DNA of 64,000 nt, taken from a virus. Lineage: Duplodnaviria > Caudoviricetes. Each line of letters begins with the position of its first letter. Position 1 is the stretch's first letter. The position numbers were made by a program, and so were the translations under genes. The notes beneath the pieces are model-generated. The model was not told the DNA's origin. It saw only the letters and a list, made by a program, of their open reading frames with translations, and made no database searches. The stretch lies in the IMG/VR virus record IMGVR_UViG_3300042318_000593, positions 2,856 to 66,855 of that record, one strand, 5' to 3'. Below are positions 60,085-64,000 of this stretch, in pieces.

Positions 60085-60321
60085 GTTATCCACATAGTTG
60101 AATACCCTTATGAATAGAGGTGTTGGTTTCTTCTCCCTTCCCTCCTTTATCCTTTGTGCTATTTGAAGTATGGTGTTTTCGTAGTTTTCCACCCCGAATA
60201 GAGGTATCATCACCTTTTGGTACATCTCCATCGTTTGACCTATATGTAGATCCTCCACGGTGGTTTTAACTGTTGTTGTCTCGTTGAATAACTTGAATGA
60301 TAGTTGAATAGGTATTTTCAT
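60070..60321 (-). CDS. hypothetical protein
   Basis: 83 aa; TATATTTG promoter at 60326-60333. Confidence 0.6.
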   Translation of the reverse strand: MKIPIQLSFKLFNETTTVKTTVEDLHIGQTMEMYQKVMIPLFGVENYENTILQIAQRIKEGREKKPTPLFIRVFNYVDNLFKD

Positions 60322-60359
60322 ACCACAAATATACTAGTACGAATTGGAATATCCTAATT

Positions 60360-61838
60360 TTAGAACACTATTTCTATATTAAATCTCTCGAACTTCTCCT
60401 TAATCCTTTTCTTTGCATCATCGTATAGAGATGCGTATTGTGTTGCTTCCACGGGAACTTCTCGATGGTATAGATTACCATCCTCTTTTTTTATCTTTGC
60501 GTATAGTTTCATCTTCTGTGTGGGATCCATCGTCAGAACAACAATAAGTTCCCCCGTTTCCTTATTATTGGACGTCCAAAACTCCTCAGGAAGGACATAA
60601 TTGTAAAATATATCATCCACCTTATACTTCCCCCTTTTGAATAGACCATAAATAAGTTCTATCTTCTTCCTGTCCTTCTCGGTAAGATCATTGTCCTCCT
60701 CCTCTTCGTTTACCATTACCGTGTCACTTGGTGTGGTCATAATTGCATTGATATTAAAATTACGATATCTGTTTCTAACCTTATTTTTAACATTTACATA
60801 TTCCACTCCCGTTTTGTTAGTTATACCATACTCATCATTATAAGATATATCCCCCACATCTTGTGCGCTTAATATTTTATTTAAATATACATCCTTACCC
60901 CCTTCTATTCTCCATATTTTTAATGGTAAACCATGACCACCTCCATTATCTTTTGATAAGTCTTTATTATAAAATGTAAACTTAATGGCAGTTACTTGTA
61001 AATGAAGTTCGTCCACCACATGAAATGTATATTCCTCAGGAAGTTCGTATCTAAAACGATTACCCTCGAAATTCACTATACCCTTTCTAATAGCTTTATG
61101 AATGGTTTTAACCCTATTTCTTTCCTTGTCTATATCTATGTCTTCGTTTAAAGGTGATTCCCACGCATCTACTTCATAATCAAAATATAAATCTTTATAT
61201 GGATTTGTTAATATTATCCCGAAAAGATTGAACCTTTTTCTAATTAAACTACCCATGTAATCCGTACTATGTAATAAACATCCTCTATTCAGATGTTTAA
61301 TTTTAACCTTTTCTGATGTAATAACAATCCCCGAGTGAGTTGTATGTACCGAGAAATCATTCGATAATTCATAAAAAAAGTGAGGTTGTTCAGGATCATC
61401 TCCCCCGATTGTTCCCTTCCTTAATGCCTTATATATGGTCTTTGCCTTTTTGATTTGTTTTTGTGTGTAATCATCTGTAGATTCATTTACCTCTTCCTTC
61501 TCCCACGGTTTCTTTCCTTGGTATTTAACTATCTCAGTGTTGGGACTATGATGTAATTCCGCATCGATATTGAAGTGTTTGAATTTATTTATGATTAATT
61601 CTTTAATCGCATGTATACTTAATGGACAATAAGTTTTTTCTACTATCTTGGAAATGAATGCAAATATCTCTATCTCACCATTTACTACAATTGGTTTCAT
61701 ATTATCCCCGAGTAGATAACTAAACGACACACCATCTGAACGGGTAATTGTTCCCTTCTTTAATACAGAAAAGACTAACTTGGCTTTCTTGATTAACTTC
61801 TTCTTATCATCCTCGGTAAATGTATCTATGAACTTCAT
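60360..61838 (-). CDS. putative polyprotein of four tandem KKAKxxYKAL-family domains
   Basis: Leader MKFIDTFTE; four roughly 110-145 aa units each ending F..F[NG]I, joined by VNE/LNE/VNE. Confidence 0.65.
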   Translation of the reverse strand: MKFIDTFTEDDKKKLIKKAKLVFSVLKKGTITRSDGVSFSYLLGDNMKPIVVNGEIEIFAFISKIVEKTYCPLSIHAIKELIINKFKHFNIDAELHHSPNTEIVKYQGKKPWEKEEVNESTDDYTQKQIKKAKTIYKALRKGTIGGDDPEQPHFFYELSNDFSVHTTHSGIVITSEKVKIKHLNRGCLLHSTDYMGSLIRKRFNLFGIILTNPYKDLYFDYEVDAWESPLNEDIDIDKERNRVKTIHKAIRKGIVNFEGNRFRYELPEEYTFHVVDELHLQVTAIKFTFYNKDLSKDNGGGHGLPLKIWRIEGGKDVYLNKILSAQDVGDISYNDEYGITNKTGVEYVNVKNKVRNRYRNFNINAIMTTPSDTVMVNEEEEDNDLTEKDRKKIELIYGLFKRGKYKVDDIFYNYVLPEEFWTSNNKETGELIVVLTMDPTQKMKLYAKIKKEDGNLYHREVPVEATQYASLYDDAKKRIKEKFERFNIEIVF

Positions 61839-62218
61839 TATCTTAGTATTAAATCAAACTTTTTAAATTTTTCAGAGATCTTCCCCCACGCTTTCTCATA
61901 AAGAAATAGATTTGATCCGTCATTCTTATCCACATGCCATTCATTTCCATCTATAATCTCATATAGTTGATACTTTATGGGATCCGTTATAACAAATACG
62001 ATTGTGAGTTCGGGACCTATCCCTAATGTGTATTCGTTATTTAAAACATATTTGTATTTTACCTCATTTCCATTACCATATTTAAATCCCACAGATATTA
62101 CTCCCGTCTTTAGTGCCGCATAGACATTCTTTACCTTCTTTACCATTTTGATCTTTTTTTCCTCCGATGGACCCGTATAAAAGGATGGACTTTCGTTTAG
62201 TATGTCTAATAACTTCAT
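61838..62218 (-). CDS. single KKAKxxYKAL-family domain protein
   Basis: Leader MKLLDILNE; KKVKNVYAALKTG...KFKKFDL. Confidence 0.65.
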   Translation of the reverse strand: MKLLDILNESPSFYTGPSEEKKIKMVKKVKNVYAALKTGVISVGFKYGNGNEVKYKYVLNNEYTLGIGPELTIVFVITDPIKYQLYEIIDGNEWHVDKNDGSNLFLYEKAWGKISEKFKKFDLILR

Positions 62219-62242
62219 TCTATATAAATATCCTTGTAATTG

Positions 62243-62455
62243 ATAATACCACCGATGGACTGAGGAACTCCAGTCGCTTTAGAAATTATATGTATTTGGA
62301 TATAATATGTAAAGTATAATGGTTATTATATGTAAAGTCATATAGTCGTATGCCGGTTTTCTTGTGCATTGATATTGTTATATGTGGTTAGTGCTGGTTA
62401 TATCCATCATTGAGTCTCCGACGCCGGAATCCCCGTTCACGGTGGTTGAGGTCAT
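62243..62455. repeat. structured dispersed repeat / candidate ncRNA, copy 2
   Basis: Same two blocks as 59310-59423 with a longer interior. Confidence 0.7.
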
Positions 62456-62480
62456 AAAAAAAGGTCCCTAATTGGAACCC

Positions 62481-62846
62481 TTACTTAATATCTTCGTGAT
62501 GTTCAAACCATAAAATAATATCGAACGGTTTAAATTTATAATCCTCTAAATGCTTAACATATAATTTATATTCGTGATTGTTTAATTCATATGGTCTATA
62601 TTCACCACTTGTATTATCTACAAAATAAAATCTAACAGCATTATCACTTTTATTATCACCAAGTTTAATAAATGCGTCATCGTTAATATCTAATTGAAGA
62701 TCATAATCATCGGGAAGTTCGTAGACAATCTTACCAAAGTGTCCTTTATGAATAACTCCACGTTTAAGTCCTTTGTATATTGTCTTGGCTTTCTTAATAA
62801 GTTTTTCCTTATTCTCATCCTCTAATAATATATCCATTAATTTCAT
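62481..62846 (-). CDS. single KKAKxxYKAL-family domain protein
   Basis: Leader MKLMDILLE; KKAKTIYKGLKRG...YELP...KFKPFDI. Confidence 0.65.
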   Translation of the reverse strand: MKLMDILLEDENKEKLIKKAKTIYKGLKRGVIHKGHFGKIVYELPDDYDLQLDINDDAFIKLGDNKSDNAVRFYFVDNTSGEYRPYELNNHEYKLYVKHLEDYKFKPFDIILWFEHHEDIK

Positions 62847-62884
62847 CCTATATAAATATCATCTTCAGATATTTAAAATCTTTA

Positions 62885-63277
62885 TCATCGTCTTGGGTTT
62901 ATAAAGTTATATGTATCAACTAATATCTCCTGATTTGTTGCTCCACCCATTTCCCACAATTCAAATACCCCATATACCATATCTGAATAAGCCCCATGAA
63001 TGAATCTCCTTATCTCTTCGTGGGTTGTTATATGACCTCCATTAATAAATCCAACCGTTCTATTATATAAATCTACCGATTCATTAAATAATGGATGATT
63101 TTCATTAAATATATTATAATGTGAAGCATAATGAGAATCCAATCTTCTATGGTATTCTTTTAGAAAACGAAGATTGCCAGTTAAACTGATTGTTTGATAA
63201 TGATTTGGATTGATTTCCCTACCATACATATCCAACATGGATTTCACACCCGATAAAAATTTAAATGGTCTAATCAT
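62885..63277 (-). CDS. hypothetical protein with N-terminal FKFL motif
   Basis: MIRPFKFLSG. Confidence 0.6.
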   Translation of the reverse strand: MIRPFKFLSGVKSMLDMYGREINPNHYQTISLTGNLRFLKEYHRRLDSHYASHYNIFNENHPLFNESVDLYNRTVGFINGGHITTHEEIRRFIHGAYSDMVYGVFELWEMGGATNQEILVDTYNFINPRR

Positions 63278-63488
63278 TTCTTCTTTTTAATTCATTATCT
63301 AATATGACATACCACTCGGTTGCTGTTCTCCCATCTTTTTGATTAGGCAATGTACCATTAGTTACCAAAAGTTTCATTATTCGTTTGATATAATCTGTGC
63401 TTATGGTTTCCAATGGATGCATCAATCCACCGTATGTTCTCCATTTAGGAGGAGGCGTTCCCTTAAAAAATTTAAAATCCATAGTCAT
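63270..63488 (-). CDS. hypothetical protein with N-terminal FKFF motif
   Basis: M(TM)DFKFFKG; start placed at the overlap with the upstream stop. Confidence 0.55.
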   Translation of the reverse strand: MTMDFKFFKGTPPPKWRTYGGLMHPLETISTDYIKRIMKLLVTNGTLPNQKDGRTATEWYVILDNELKRRND

Positions 63489-63870
63489 GTTCTTCCCATT
63501 TACATCGTTCATAAATAACATGATTTGTCTCCGCTTCAATATCAATAGTCATCCAAGAGTTCCATTGTATTTCTTGAACTATTCTTCTTACAGCCACACT
63601 ATTCATATAAGTTATAACCTCATCAATCTTACCTCTAATATTATAATCACTATAAGAATTATATTTGTCCCTATATAATTTAGTCATAATGATAATCAAC
63701 ATATTTTTAACCCTATCATTATCCATTAAATTATTATCCTGAATATATTTGTATGTAATGTCCAATACACCAATCAATAATGGAACATTTGTTGCATCAT
63801 CTAATAAACCGGTTAGTTGCCAATTTATTTTTGTTTCGTTAGATCTAAAAAATTTGAAATCCTTTACCAT
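63472..63870 (-). CDS. hypothetical protein with N-terminal FKFF motif
   Basis: MVKDFKFFRS. Confidence 0.6.
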   Translation of the reverse strand: MVKDFKFFRSNETKINWQLTGLLDDATNVPLLIGVLDITYKYIQDNNLMDNDRVKNMLIIIMTKLYRDKYNSYSDYNIRGKIDEVITYMNSVAVRRIVQEIQWNSWMTIDIEAETNHVIYERCKWEEHDYGF

Positions 63871-63873
63871 AAA

Positions 63874-63999
63874 TTATATTATATCAGGAAAATTATACAT
63901 TGGATGTTCAGGACCTATTCTTTGTCCTTGCACTGTGTTCCCCTCTTCAATATGTCTAAACAACATAAATTTATATGGACGATTACTATCAGGGTCAGG
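63874..63999 (-). CDS. 3' end of a CDS truncated by the window edge
   Basis: Open frame ...PDPDSNRPYKFMLFRHIEE...FPDII* ending just before the 63870 start. Confidence 0.45.
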   Translation of the reverse strand, partial: PDPDSNRPYKFMLFRHIEEGNTVQGQRIGPEHPMYNFPDII

Positions 64000-64000
64000 C

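Noticed and set aside
2034-63678. Short antisense or nested ORFs overlapping real genes (e.g. 2034, 3879, 5669, 40041, 42370, 52889, 58995, 63397)
   Set aside because: Shadow frames of longer, motif-bearing genes
1-64000. Stop-codon reassignment as in some huge or crAss-like phages
   Set aside because: Recognisable genes are full length in code 11, coding density is high, and TAG/TGA end genes normally; the early gaps contain terminators and motifs rather than broken ORFs

Overview
This is an AT-rich, gene-dense segment of a large (jumbo/huge) dsDNA phage that probably infects Bacteroidota. Host-type TAnnTTTG -7 promoters are present, genes lack Shine-Dalgarno sequences, and standard code 11 gives intact ORFs. 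Position 25-425 is a phage tmRNA. 0.4-43 kb holds glycosylation and heptose genes (glf, GT11, 2x GT25, GT4, GT60-like, HldE-type kinase, HldD), lysis genes (GH19 endolysin, putative GAF holin), nucleases, and about 25 otherwise unrelated proteins. These proteins share N-terminal leaders ending in [ILV]-x-E and mostly sit behind a TATTTATA motif. I interpret them as capsid-packaged, prohead-protease-matured cargo, including apparent polyproteins and an expanded paralogous domain family. 43.2-57.4 kb is a co-oriented early/host-takeover-like block bracketed by GC-rich non-coding zones. Its long intergenic spacers hold about 40 copies of a GATATTG(T/A)TTGGCA motif, often about 52 bp apart, along with CGTATTACA words, TTAACA-N5-TTAACA boxes, perfect DnaA boxes, spacer-specific palindromic words and a reused terminator hairpin. 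Several candidate structured RNAs are also present. All counts are manual and all functional calls come from motif recognition, not database searches.
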